DNA from: Akkermansiaceae bacterium
Lineage (GTDB): Bacteria; Verrucomicrobiota; Verrucomicrobiia; Verrucomicrobiales; Akkermansiaceae
Length of the DNA: 64,000 nt
Assembly (NCBI GenBank): GCA_015062055.1
Contig: SUVK01000001.1
Span: forward strand, 40,221 to 104,220
Reading direction: 5' to 3'
Shown: positions 38,171 to 46,849 of the stretch, piece by piece
Layout of the letters: every line of letters begins with the position of its first letter
Numbering within the stretch: the stretch's first letter is position 1
The notes under the pieces: model-generated
What the model was told of the DNA's origin: nothing
The model's database searches: none
What the model saw: only the letters and a program-made list of their open reading frames with translations
Made by a program: the position numbers and the translations under genes

Positions 38171-39043
38171 ATGAAAAAGCTTTTACTGAGTGCCTTGATG
38201 ATAATGCCTGTATTGGCAGGGAATGAGGACGCGGCAGAGCCCGTACGCACCATGCCCGATACCATGACGATGACGCAAGATGCCCGCTGCCGGCAAGTAT
38301 TGGTGAATTGTGTGGTAAATGGAGTGCCTATGCGCATGATGCTGGACACGGGGGCCACCAACACCGTGTTGCACCGAGAGAGCTTGAAAAAGCTGAAGAA
38401 CCCGCACCGGTTGGATACCCGCAACATGCAGTTCAGGGGCAATGCGAATGAGCGGCCGGATGTGTATTTGCTGAATCTTCAATTTGCCGGCACCGCAGCC
38501 GTACGCAATCACCCGGTTATGGCGTTGAGCCTCGAGGGGGCTCGCAGCATGATGGACGAGCAGATAGACGGCATTATCGGTATGGATATATTGGGCGCGA
38601 TGCCGTTTACCTTCGATGTGAGCAATGGGCGCTTGCACTGGGGACTGCCGGAGGGGGATTTGAAACTGGTGCCGCTGCATGGCCGGCTCGATGAAGGTGG
38701 ACGCTTGATACTCAGTGTAGAATGTGATGGCAAGAAGCATGAGATTCTTTTAGACTCCGGCAGTACGCTTACACGCTTGCCTGCTGCAGCTTGGCCCGCA
38801 GGTGCGGCTCATGAGGTTGATATGAACGTGAGCGATGTTAATGCCGCAGCTTCCCTCAAGGCAACCGTGGGGGCCCCGGGTACCGTGAAGTTTGCCCCTG
38901 GTGTAGAGGTGCAGGGGGTAACCCCCGTGTTCTGCGGTGATGAGGAGCCTACCATCTTGGGGATGGATATTTTGAGCCGCGTGCGCTTGGTGCACGTGCC
39001 CTCATCTTCGCACCCTTCCGGTTACTTCTTTATCGCTTTGTAA
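38171..39043 (+). CDS. Secreted tandem retropepsin-like aspartic protease
   Basis: Two lobes: LDTGAT...GIIGMD and LDSGST...ILGMD; signal peptide. Confidence 0.85.
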   Translation: MKKLLLSALMIMPVLAGNEDAAEPVRTMPDTMTMTQDARCRQVLVNCVVNGVPMRMMLDTGATNTVLHRESLKKLKNPHRLDTRNMQFRGNANERPDVYLLNLQFAGTAAVRNHPVMALSLEGARSMMDEQIDGIIGMDILGAMPFTFDVSNGRLHWGLPEGDLKLVPLHGRLDEGGRLILSVECDGKKHEILLDSGSTLTRLPAAAWPAGAAHEVDMNVSDVNAAASLKATVGAPGTVKFAPGVEVQGVTPVFCGDEEPTILGMDILSRVRLVHVPSSSHPSGYFFIAL

Positions 39044-39050
39044 AGACTAT

Positions 39051-39419
39051 ATGAAGATACTGCTTACCATAGCCCTTTTGGTCATCAGCAATATCGTGAT
39101 GACCTTTGCGTGGTACGGTTTTTTGCGCAAGCCCGGGCAAGAGACAGATGCGTCTCAATGGTGGAAGCTTATTCTCATGAGTTGGGGGTTAGCGTTTTTT
39201 GAGTACTGCTTTTTAGTGCCGGGCAACCATATAGGGCGCGAATGTGGCTTGAGCTTGGCCCAGCTTAAAATTACGCAAGAGGTGATAACCCTTACCGTAT
39301 TTGTGCCGTTTATGATATTTTTCATGGGTGAGCACTGGAAATGGGATTACCTGTGGGCGTTTTTCTGCATACTCGGGGCCGTATTTTTTGTGAACCGAGA
39401 GTCTTTAATGATGCCATGA
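39051..39419 (+). CDS. DMT-family small membrane protein (DUF486-like)
   Basis: SNIVMTFAWYG, SWGLAFFEY, QLKITQEVITL. Confidence 0.88.
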   Translation: MKILLTIALLVISNIVMTFAWYGFLRKPGQETDASQWWKLILMSWGLAFFEYCFLVPGNHIGRECGLSLAQLKITQEVITLTVFVPFMIFFMGEHWKWDYLWAFFCILGAVFFVNRESLMMP

Positions 39420-39469
39420 CGTTCATTTGGCTTGCATATGGTGTGATATTTTGATATACGAGCGTGCGT

Positions 39470-40165
39470 ATGAAGCCTGTTTATCTACTGACTGCCTCTG
39501 TTGCCCTGTTGTCCTCTTGCAGCTGGTTGGAGGGTGTTTTCTCTGCCGGAGAATATACCCCCGAGTATTTGAAGGAGGAGTCTCCGCTGGATCCTCCCGG
39601 TACTGCCGAAGCTCGCGAAGCAGCACGCCGTAAATTGGTGAAAGAGGGCATGTTTGTAGACGGGGCTGAAATCGAGGTGAGAGAGGGCAAGGCATTCTTG
39701 TTCAATCGTAACCCCGACCATGCAGAAGACCCGGGTGGCCGCATGGTGAAGACGGAAAAGGCAAAGATTCTTGCATGCGAAGGCTCCTATTACTTTGTTG
39801 AGGTAGAGGGAGGCAAGCGCGGTTTCTTGCGTGAAAGCGACTTTGTAGACCCGGTGTCGATGCTGACCTCGACCTCGGATTTCTTGCCCGACGGGCAGGG
39901 GCTGTTCCCGGGTATGGAGCCTGGCGATACCGGTACTTTTATACCGGGTGCAGAGCTGCAAGTGGATGAGAACCAGACCTATACAACCAGCCAAACCGGG
40001 CGCACCGTGCTGGTGGTGGGCACCAAGAGTGATAAGTCCAAAGCCTTTGAAGAGGCTAAACGCCAGGTGGAGTCCGGTCAGGCATTGCCGCCGACAACTT
40101 CCGGTAGCGGGGTGGCAGATGAGGAGTTTGAGCCCTTGCCTGCACCGACGGGGTCTGCACAATAA
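39470..40165 (+). CDS. Lipoprotein with SH3b-like segment
   Basis: Lipobox LSS-C; AKILACEGSYYFVEVEGGKRGFLRESD. Confidence 0.7.
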   Translation: MKPVYLLTASVALLSSCSWLEGVFSAGEYTPEYLKEESPLDPPGTAEAREAARRKLVKEGMFVDGAEIEVREGKAFLFNRNPDHAEDPGGRMVKTEKAKILACEGSYYFVEVEGGKRGFLRESDFVDPVSMLTSTSDFLPDGQGLFPGMEPGDTGTFIPGAELQVDENQTYTTSQTGRTVLVVGTKSDKSKAFEEAKRQVESGQALPPTTSGSGVADEEFEPLPAPTGSAQ

Positions 40166-41094
40166 TGGCCATGGAGTGGGCTGCGCTGACGGAGCGATTT
40201 TTGTTGTACTTGGCTGCGGAGTGTGGGCTGAGTGTCAATTATCGGGAGTCTGTGCGCAGAAGCTTGGCGCGGTTCACCGCATGGTGCCGTGAGCGGGAGT
40301 TGACCCCGGGGCAGATAACGGAGCCCTTGCTGGCGGAGTACCGCCGTATGCTGCATGCCGAGGGGCTGGCTTTTTCGAGCAGCCGTATAGCCATGGTGCA
40401 TTTGCGGCGCTTTTTTCGCTTTCTGAACTCGCGTGGGGTGGTCGAGCAAGACCCTTCTGCCTTGGTGAAGGGGGGGGCCGTGCGTCAAGGTATCCCCGAA
40501 ACCCTTGGGGCCGAGGCTGTGGCAAAAATGCTTGATGCCACCAATGCGGATGATATACCGTATGGCGCGCGCGACCGTGCCATCTTAGAGATGTTGTATG
40601 GCAGCGGCTTGCGGGTGAGCGAGCTCGTACGCTTGCGAGCAGACCAAATCAGTTGGGAAGAGCGCTTTCTGCGCATTACCGGCAAAGGGGGCAAGACCCG
40701 CTATGTACCCTTGGGGGCCATGGCTGCCAAAGCCTTGCAAAATTACGTGCAGACGGCCCGTGGCATCTTAGCCAAAGAGGGGCACCGCGTGCCCGAGCTC
40801 TTTTTATCGAACCGCGGGGAGCGCCTTACCCGTGAGCGCATACGCCAGATTATACGCAAGCGCGCAGCAGAAGCCGGCTTGAGCGAGCGGGTTTACCCGC
40901 ATATCATGCGTCACTCCTTCGCTACTCATTTGCTGGAAAACGGGGCCGACTTGCGCGTGATTCAGGATATGTTGGGGCATGCAGATTTGGCTACCACGCA
41001 AATATACACGCACGTAGAAGCCAAACGCTTGGTGGGATTGCACCGCAGTTTTCACCCCCGAGGTCGTAAAACCGAGCGCGGGGAGGGAGAATAG
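40165..41094 (+). CDS. xerD: Chromosomal tyrosine recombinase XerD-like
   Basis: RDRAILEMLYGSGLRVSEL, GKGGK, HIMRHSFATHLLENGADLRVIQDMLGH, TTQIY. Confidence 0.9.
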   Translation: MAMEWAALTERFLLYLAAECGLSVNYRESVRRSLARFTAWCRERELTPGQITEPLLAEYRRMLHAEGLAFSSSRIAMVHLRRFFRFLNSRGVVEQDPSALVKGGAVRQGIPETLGAEAVAKMLDATNADDIPYGARDRAILEMLYGSGLRVSELVRLRADQISWEERFLRITGKGGKTRYVPLGAMAAKALQNYVQTARGILAKEGHRVPELFLSNRGERLTRERIRQIIRKRAAEAGLSERVYPHIMRHSFATHLLENGADLRVIQDMLGHADLATTQIYTHVEAKRLVGLHRSFHPRGRKTERGEGE

Positions 41095-41129
41095 CCCGCT
41101 GCACTTTTTTCGAGTCACCGCGTGCGGGC

Positions 41130-41849
41130 TCAAAAGTTATTTTTTACGCGCAGCAGGGTTAACACGGCAACTTTTTGAACCCCGGGTAGGCGCTTCAACA
41201 CTGCGGCACAGGCTCGCACCGTGGCACCTGTGGTGTAGACATCGTCTACCAGCACAACATGAGATGGCAGTGCCTTTGCGCCTGTTTCGTATGCCGGGAG
41301 AGGGTGGTAGATTAATCTTGCATTCTTAAGGCGCTCTGCGGCCGACAGGCGTGTTTGGCTGTCGGTTTTCACATCTATTCTCTGCAAGGGCTCGCGCAGG
41401 GGTAGCTTGAGCATTTTTGCCAAGGGGCGCGCCAGCTCTTCGGCTTGGTTGTAACCGCGGCGCCTCAGGTGTAATTTGCCGATGGGGACGGGTACAATCG
41501 CCGCATTACCATATTGTGCCAGCTCGGGCGTATTGTGCCACTGCTCGCAAAGTGCCGGTGCCAGTGCCGCTGCCAAATGAGAGGCTCCCTTGTATTTGAG
41601 CCTGTGTATTAAATCCATGCTTTCGTTGCCGGTCAACAGGGCAGAGCGTGCAAAATCGAACGGGCGAGGTTTGCCTTTGCAGGCCGGGCAGTGGTAGGCA
41701 TCTTGTTGCTCCCCGATGACGGGTGCCCCGCAATACAGGCAAATGGGGCGAGGTACCCTCGGCAACTTTGCCAAGCAATCTTCGCAAAGTGTTAACTCGC
41801 TCGCTTTGCCACACAGGCTGCAGGTGATGGGAAACAGCCAACGGAGCAT
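41130..41849 (-). CDS. comF: ComF-family protein (Zn ribbon plus PRTase)
   Basis: CSLC/CEDC/CLYC/CPAC, RRGYNQAE, LVDDVYTTGAT. Confidence 0.9.
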   Translation of the reverse strand: MLRWLFPITCSLCGKASELTLCEDCLAKLPRVPRPICLYCGAPVIGEQQDAYHCPACKGKPRPFDFARSALLTGNESMDLIHRLKYKGASHLAAALAPALCEQWHNTPELAQYGNAAIVPVPIGKLHLRRRGYNQAEELARPLAKMLKLPLREPLQRIDVKTDSQTRLSAAERLKNARLIYHPLPAYETGAKALPSHVVLVDDVYTTGATVRACAAVLKRLPGVQKVAVLTLLRVKNNF

Positions 41850-41859
41850 GGCTTTTTCT

Positions 41860-42630
41860 TCAGCGTTTGCGGTGGCGTGCCAAAAACTCCTTGGCGGCAT
41901 TCTGGTAGGCCATAGAGGCCGTGCCGTAGGGGTCGTGCTCGATGACGGTTTTACCGAAACTGGGCGCCTCTGCCACACGTACCGAGCGCGGTATGTAGGT
42001 GGTGTATAACTGGTCGGGCAGGTTCTCTTTTACCTGGGCTATCACTTGGTTGGCCAAGTTGGTGTTGCTGTACATAGTCATCAGCACGCCCTCGTGTTTC
42101 AGGTTGGGGTTGGCACCACTGTCGCGTATTTGCTCGACCACATAGAGAATTTTGGAGAGACCGTCCAGGCTGAGGAACTCGCACTGCATGGGGGTAAGCA
42201 CCTCGTCGCATGCGCATAACGAGCTGGTCATCAACACGCCGAGAGAGGGCGGAGTGTCTAAAAATACATAGTCATAGTACTTGCTGCCACGCAGGCCTTC
42301 CATGGCGTCTCTCATGCAGGTAAGGTGGGTACCGTTTTGTGTGAGCTCTACCTCAACGCCCGACAAGTCCATGTGGGCGGGGATGATAGAAAGATTGCGA
42401 CGGTTGGCCGGGCGAATCAGCTCTTCCATCAACTTGTTGCCGATGAGAGCCTGGTAGATACTGTGCTCGCAGTCTACCTCTACCCCGAGTGCTTGTGAAG
42501 CATTTGCCTGGGAGTCTACATCAATAAGCAGCACTCGTTTGCCCCGCATGGCAAGGGCTGCAGATAAGTTGACGGCTGTGGTGGTTTTACCGACTCCACC
42601 TTTTTGGTTTGCTATGGCTATGACTTTCAC
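41860..42630 (-). CDS. parA: ParA/Soj family ATPase
   Basis: ANQKGGVGKTT, DVDSQAN, DTPPSLG; start placed at GTG 42630 because the upstream ATG lies inside the -10 box. Confidence 0.95.
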   Translation of the reverse strand: MKVIAIANQKGGVGKTTTAVNLSAALAMRGKRVLLIDVDSQANASQALGVEVDCEHSIYQALIGNKLMEELIRPANRRNLSIIPAHMDLSGVEVELTQNGTHLTCMRDAMEGLRGSKYYDYVFLDTPPSLGVLMTSSLCACDEVLTPMQCEFLSLDGLSKILYVVEQIRDSGANPNLKHEGVLMTMYSNTNLANQVIAQVKENLPDQLYTTYIPRSVRVAEAPSFGKTVIEHDPYGTASMAYQNAAKEFLARHRKR

Positions 42631-42712
42631 GCGCGCCATTATACAGAAATGAAATTGTATTTTCAAGCCGATAATTGTTGCTGAACTCTTGCAAATGTGA
42701 TAAACTCATGTC

Positions 42713-43450
42713 ATGCAGATTCAGCAAGTAATTGATGCCGCCCGCGAGTTGTCTGACCAGATGGATGCCTTGCAGTTTGATGCCCCCGTAGCCTACACTT
42801 ACAACCCGCTTACCTATGCGTGGGCCGGGCACGAGGCCTATATTCGCCGCTTTGCGGGGGGACAAAAGGATGTGCTGTATCTGGGCATGAACCCCGGCCC
42901 CTTCGGTATGGCGCAAACCGGTGTGCCCTTCGGCGAAATTGCAGCCGTTACTTTATGGATGGGGATTACCGCCTCAATAGGCCAACCGCCGGCCACGCAC
43001 CCCAAGCGCCCCGTGCAGGGGTTCAACTGCCCGCGCTCAGAGGTTAGTGGTCGCCGTCTTTGGGGCTTGTTTGAGGAGATGTACGGTACGGCCGATGCGT
43101 TTTTCAAACAGGCCTATGTCGCTAACTATTGTCCGCTGATATGGATGAGCGAGAGCGGGGCTAACATAACCCCCACTCAGTTGCCCAAAGAGCAGCGCTT
43201 GCAGATAGACGCCGCTTGCCAACGCCATTTGGTGCGTTTGATTGAGATTTTGCAGCCCAAATGCCTTATCGGGATAGGGGGCTATGCCCTCAAGCAAATG
43301 GAGCTTGCCGCTGCTGCCTTGCCCGATAAGCAGTTTACCCTCGGTACGGTTCTGCACCCCAGCCCCGCCAGCCCGACTTCTAATAAATGCTGGCCCGCAC
43401 GCCCCTTGCAGCAAATCCGCGAGATTTTGAGCCAAGCCGGTTTGGCATAA
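42713..43450 (+). CDS. SMUG1-like uracil-DNA glycosylase (family 3)
   Basis: GMNPGPFGMAQTGVPFG, SEVSGRRLW, NYCPL, HPSPAS. Confidence 0.92.
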   Translation: MQIQQVIDAARELSDQMDALQFDAPVAYTYNPLTYAWAGHEAYIRRFAGGQKDVLYLGMNPGPFGMAQTGVPFGEIAAVTLWMGITASIGQPPATHPKRPVQGFNCPRSEVSGRRLWGLFEEMYGTADAFFKQAYVANYCPLIWMSESGANITPTQLPKEQRLQIDAACQRHLVRLIEILQPKCLIGIGGYALKQMELAAAALPDKQFTLGTVLHPSPASPTSNKCWPARPLQQIREILSQAGLA

Positions 43451-43546
43451 GCGGCCCTCTCTTATGTCATGCAACGGCAAATCGCTTGCAATCTCCGCTG
43501 TCTTGGTGTAGAATGCCGACACTTCAATAAACCATTAACATAAGCT

Positions 43547-45103
43547 ATGAGCGACAAAGTAAAATTCTTCGATACCACGCTGCGCGATGGTGAGCAATGC
43601 CCCGGAGCTTCCATGAATCTCCGCCAGAAGCTGGAGGTTGCACGTCAGCTCGAAAAGCTAGGTGTAGATGTGATTGAAGCCGGCTTCCCCTGCATTTCCG
43701 AGGGTGATTTTGAGGCTGTGTATACCATAGCCAAGACCGTGAAGACCTGCCGCGTAGCGGGCTTGGCACGCTGTGTTGAGAACGACATACGCAAGGCAGC
43801 CGCAGCCGTTACACCGGCAGGCGACCGCGGGCGAATCCATGTCTTCTTGGCCACCAGCCCCTTGCACCGCGAGTTCAAACTCAAGAAGAGCAAGGAAGAG
43901 ATTTTGCAAATGGCAGTAGAGGGCGTTAAGCTGGCTAAAAGCTTGGTCAACGATGTGGAGTTCTCTGCCGAAGACGCCAGCCGTACCGAGCACGATTACC
44001 TTGCCCAAGTGGTAGAGGCGGTGATTGCCGCCGGTGCCACCACTGTGAATATACCCGATACCGTAGGCTTTACCACTCCCACGGAGTACTACAATATCAT
44101 TAAGTACCTTAAGGATAACGTGAAGAATATAGACGATGCCGTCATCTCCGTGCATTGTCACAACGATATCGGTATGGCTGTTGCTAACTCGCTGGCTGCC
44201 GTGCAGGCCGGTGCTCGCCAGGTAGAGGGTACCATCAACGGTATCGGCGAGCGCGCCGGTAACACCGCTATCGAGGAGTGCGCCATGGCCCTCTCCACCC
44301 GCCCCGAGGCCTTCGGCTTTGCCCCAAGCGATAAACCCCACAACCTCAATACTCGCGAGATTGTCAAGACCAGCCGCGTGGTTTCTCGTATGAGCGGTAT
44401 GGTGGTGCAGCGCTCCAAAGCCATTGTGGGTGAAAATGCCTTTGCCCACAGCTCGGGTATTCACCAGCATGGTATCTTGGCCAAGCGCGAAACCTACGAA
44501 ATTATCGACCCTGTGGAGGTAGGTTGGGGTGAGACCGAATTGCCCCTCACCAAGCACAGTGGCCGCGCCGCCGTGAAGGCACGTCTGGAGAAACTGGGCC
44601 ACACCCTTTCTAACGACGAGCTTACCCACGTGTTTGAGCGTTTCAAGAAGGTGGGCGACAGCAAGAAGTTTGTGTACGATGACGATTTATCGTCTATTGT
44701 AGACGACTCTCTGAGCACGTCTAATGGTGTATGGCAGCTCAAGAGCATTCAGTTTATTGCAGGCTCTGCAGCCCTGCCTACGGCTACCGTAACTCTTATT
44801 AAGGATGATGAGGAGTACACCGACTGCGCCATCGGCAACGGCCCGGTTAACGCTTGCTTCAAGGCCATAGATCGCATCACTCAATCTGCCGGCGAGCTGG
44901 TAGATTACAACGTGCGCGCTACCTCCATTGGTCAAGATGCTCTTGGCGAGGTGAGTGTCAAGGTGCACTTCGGTGATTGCGATGACTGCAACGCCAAGCC
45001 CGTATCCGGTAAGGGTGCTGCTACCGATGTGATTGAGGCCTCTGCTCGCGCTTACCTTAACGCCGTAAACCGCAACATTACATTCTCCCAACTCGGTATT
45101 TGA
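43547..45103 (+). CDS. leuA: 2-isopropylmalate synthase
   Basis: DTTLRDGEQ, HCHNDIG, GERAGN, HSSGIHQ, GNGPV, regulatory domain. Confidence 0.96.
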   Translation: MSDKVKFFDTTLRDGEQCPGASMNLRQKLEVARQLEKLGVDVIEAGFPCISEGDFEAVYTIAKTVKTCRVAGLARCVENDIRKAAAAVTPAGDRGRIHVFLATSPLHREFKLKKSKEEILQMAVEGVKLAKSLVNDVEFSAEDASRTEHDYLAQVVEAVIAAGATTVNIPDTVGFTTPTEYYNIIKYLKDNVKNIDDAVISVHCHNDIGMAVANSLAAVQAGARQVEGTINGIGERAGNTAIEECAMALSTRPEAFGFAPSDKPHNLNTREIVKTSRVVSRMSGMVVQRSKAIVGENAFAHSSGIHQHGILAKRETYEIIDPVEVGWGETELPLTKHSGRAAVKARLEKLGHTLSNDELTHVFERFKKVGDSKKFVYDDDLSSIVDDSLSTSNGVWQLKSIQFIAGSAALPTATVTLIKDDEEYTDCAIGNGPVNACFKAIDRITQSAGELVDYNVRATSIGQDALGEVSVKVHFGDCDDCNAKPVSGKGAATDVIEASARAYLNAVNRNITFSQLGI

Positions 45104-45117
45104 GCTGTTGATAGAGT

Positions 45118-45741
45118 ATGAAGCCTATCCGCATTATTGTAGGGCTGGGTAATCCCGGTAGAGATTACGCCGCCACCCGTCATAATGTCGGGTTTATGGT
45201 GCTGGATAGGCTTGCGGCTCATATGGGCGCTGAGTGGAAACTCGAGAAAGCCTACAAGGCCGAGGTAGCAGCCGGCCCCGGTGTGCTGCTGGTAAAGCCG
45301 CAAACCTTCATGAACGCCTCCGGCGAAAGCGTGGGCCCGCTCATGCGCTATTTTAAGTTCGACCCCGAGCAGGTGTTTGTGGTGTATGATGACATCTCCT
45401 TCCCCGTGGGTACCATGCGCCTGCGCGCGGGTGGCTCTGCCGGCGGGCATAACGGTATGAAATCCCTCATCGCCCACCTGGGTACAGAGAAATTCCCCCG
45501 CCTGCGTGTGGGTATCAGCGCCCCCGGTTGCAAGCAGATGGTCAGCCATGTGCTGGGTAAATTCGCCCCCGATGAACGTCCCTTGCTGGATGAAGCCCTC
45601 CTCAAGGCTGCGGCCGCCTCCCTCACTGCCCTGAGAGACGGTTTTGATGCCGCTGCCAATCAATTCAATATACGCAAGGAAAAGAAGAAAAAAGAAAAGC
45701 CGCAGCAGCCGGAGGCAGAGCAAGCCGATTTATCCAGTTGA
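45118..45741 (+). CDS. pth: Peptidyl-tRNA hydrolase
   Basis: GLGNPG, TRHNVGF, KPQTFMN, GGHNG. Confidence 0.97.
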   Translation: MKPIRIIVGLGNPGRDYAATRHNVGFMVLDRLAAHMGAEWKLEKAYKAEVAAGPGVLLVKPQTFMNASGESVGPLMRYFKFDPEQVFVVYDDISFPVGTMRLRAGGSAGGHNGMKSLIAHLGTEKFPRLRVGISAPGCKQMVSHVLGKFAPDERPLLDEALLKAAAASLTALRDGFDAAANQFNIRKEKKKKEKPQQPEAEQADLSS

Positions 45742-45769
45742 AGTTTCGACGAAGCAGGGAATAAAGTAA

Positions 45770-46393
45770 TCACTGTTGGATAAAATCCGATAAGAAATAC
45801 GCGTAGGAACCGGGCAAGCTTTCTAATGGAGAATAAAGTTTATAATCTACTCCATTGATTGTTCTGAAAATAAGTTTAAAAGAGTCTCTGTTTGGAGCTG
45901 CCGGGAGACTATTATCATACAGATAACCACGTTGCACCAAACGCATCGCTTCTGCACCATACATGAGGGCTCGACTGTACCGATCATTAACTTTGTTTCC
46001 CGGAACGGCATGTCCACCTTTTGCAAATCTATCAGCCACGCGGTCTATGTTGATGCGGGGTGATTCTGTGCAAATGAAAAATAACCTTACAAAGTAGCCT
46101 AAACTGCGGGCCTTATGTATTATATCCAGCTTTGAAGGGTGAGAAAAAACCGTTTCGTAAATGATATCTTGCTTAGCCTCAATGGCATTATTGAGTTGTT
46201 CACGGATTTGCTGCTGCGCTTTTATAATGCACTCTGTATCATTCCAACCTCCGAGTTCTTCAGCTAAAGCATCAGCATTTAAATTGATACAATCCTTTCC
46301 CCACGGGTGCTGCAATAACAGAGATGCAAAGGTAGTTTTGCCGGAGCCATTGGGCCCGGCAAGTATAATTAAATTAGGAAGGGGTGTCGCCAT
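45770..46393 (-). CDS. Zeta-toxin-like P-loop kinase
   Basis: LAGPNGSGKTT, NADAL, ETVF, RVADRFAKGGH.VP; TGATG overlap with the upstream ORF; low GC. Confidence 0.8.
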   Translation of the reverse strand: MATPLPNLIILAGPNGSGKTTFASLLLQHPWGKDCINLNADALAEELGGWNDTECIIKAQQQIREQLNNAIEAKQDIIYETVFSHPSKLDIIHKARSLGYFVRLFFICTESPRINIDRVADRFAKGGHAVPGNKVNDRYSRALMYGAEAMRLVQRGYLYDNSLPAAPNRDSFKLIFRTINGVDYKLYSPLESLPGSYAYFLSDFIQQ

Positions 46394-46614
46394 CAGCGTG
46401 ATGATTTCATTTCCTCTAACATTCGTTTTCGGCATTCTGCTGCTTTGGCTTCATCAATTTGAGATAGGCTTTTCCATGCTAAAACAGAAGCTCCATGAGC
46501 AAGCTTTGTAAGTTCTTGCTCTTCTGATTCATCCCAGTCTTTGGGGGGAGTTTTTTGTAGAATCACTGTTGGGGCTTTGCCCGGTGTTCTATTTATCTGT
46601 GCATACATCGCCAT
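46393..46614 (-). CDS. Small putative antitoxin
   Basis: 73 aa, coupled to the kinase; promoter TTGCAA-N17-TAGAAT 6 nt upstream. Confidence 0.6.
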   Translation of the reverse strand: MAMYAQINRTPGKAPTVILQKTPPKDWDESEEQELTKLAHGASVLAWKSLSQIDEAKAAECRKRMLEEMKSSR

Positions 46615-46794
46615 GAGATCATTCTATCCCATTTTTATTTGATTTGCAATAAAAAATAAAACGGTAATTGCGAAAAAGAATATGCATTATTTGCTTTTGT
46701 GTATTGCGCATGCCTGTACGCAGCTTGCATGTGAGTACACAGCGTTCGCATGATCTTTATACATGAAAGCATGGCATGAAAGAACGCTCACATG

Positions 46795-46829
46795 AAAAAG
46801 CCGCAACCTTGTACAGGTTGCGGCTTTTT
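46795..46829. terminator. Terminator ending the mmd operon
   Basis: aaaaagccgcaacct/aggttgcggcttttt. Confidence 0.8.
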
Positions 46830-46849
46830 GATTGATTGGGATGCGATTA

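Noticed and set aside
40165-41094. Tyrosine recombinase as a mobile-element integrase
   Set aside because: Full XerD-type motifs, host composition, housekeeping neighbours, no att sites or cargo.
41860-42630. parA as a plasmid or prophage partition gene
   Set aside because: Soj-like chromosomal sequence, in an operon with comF; no rep gene and no parS seen.
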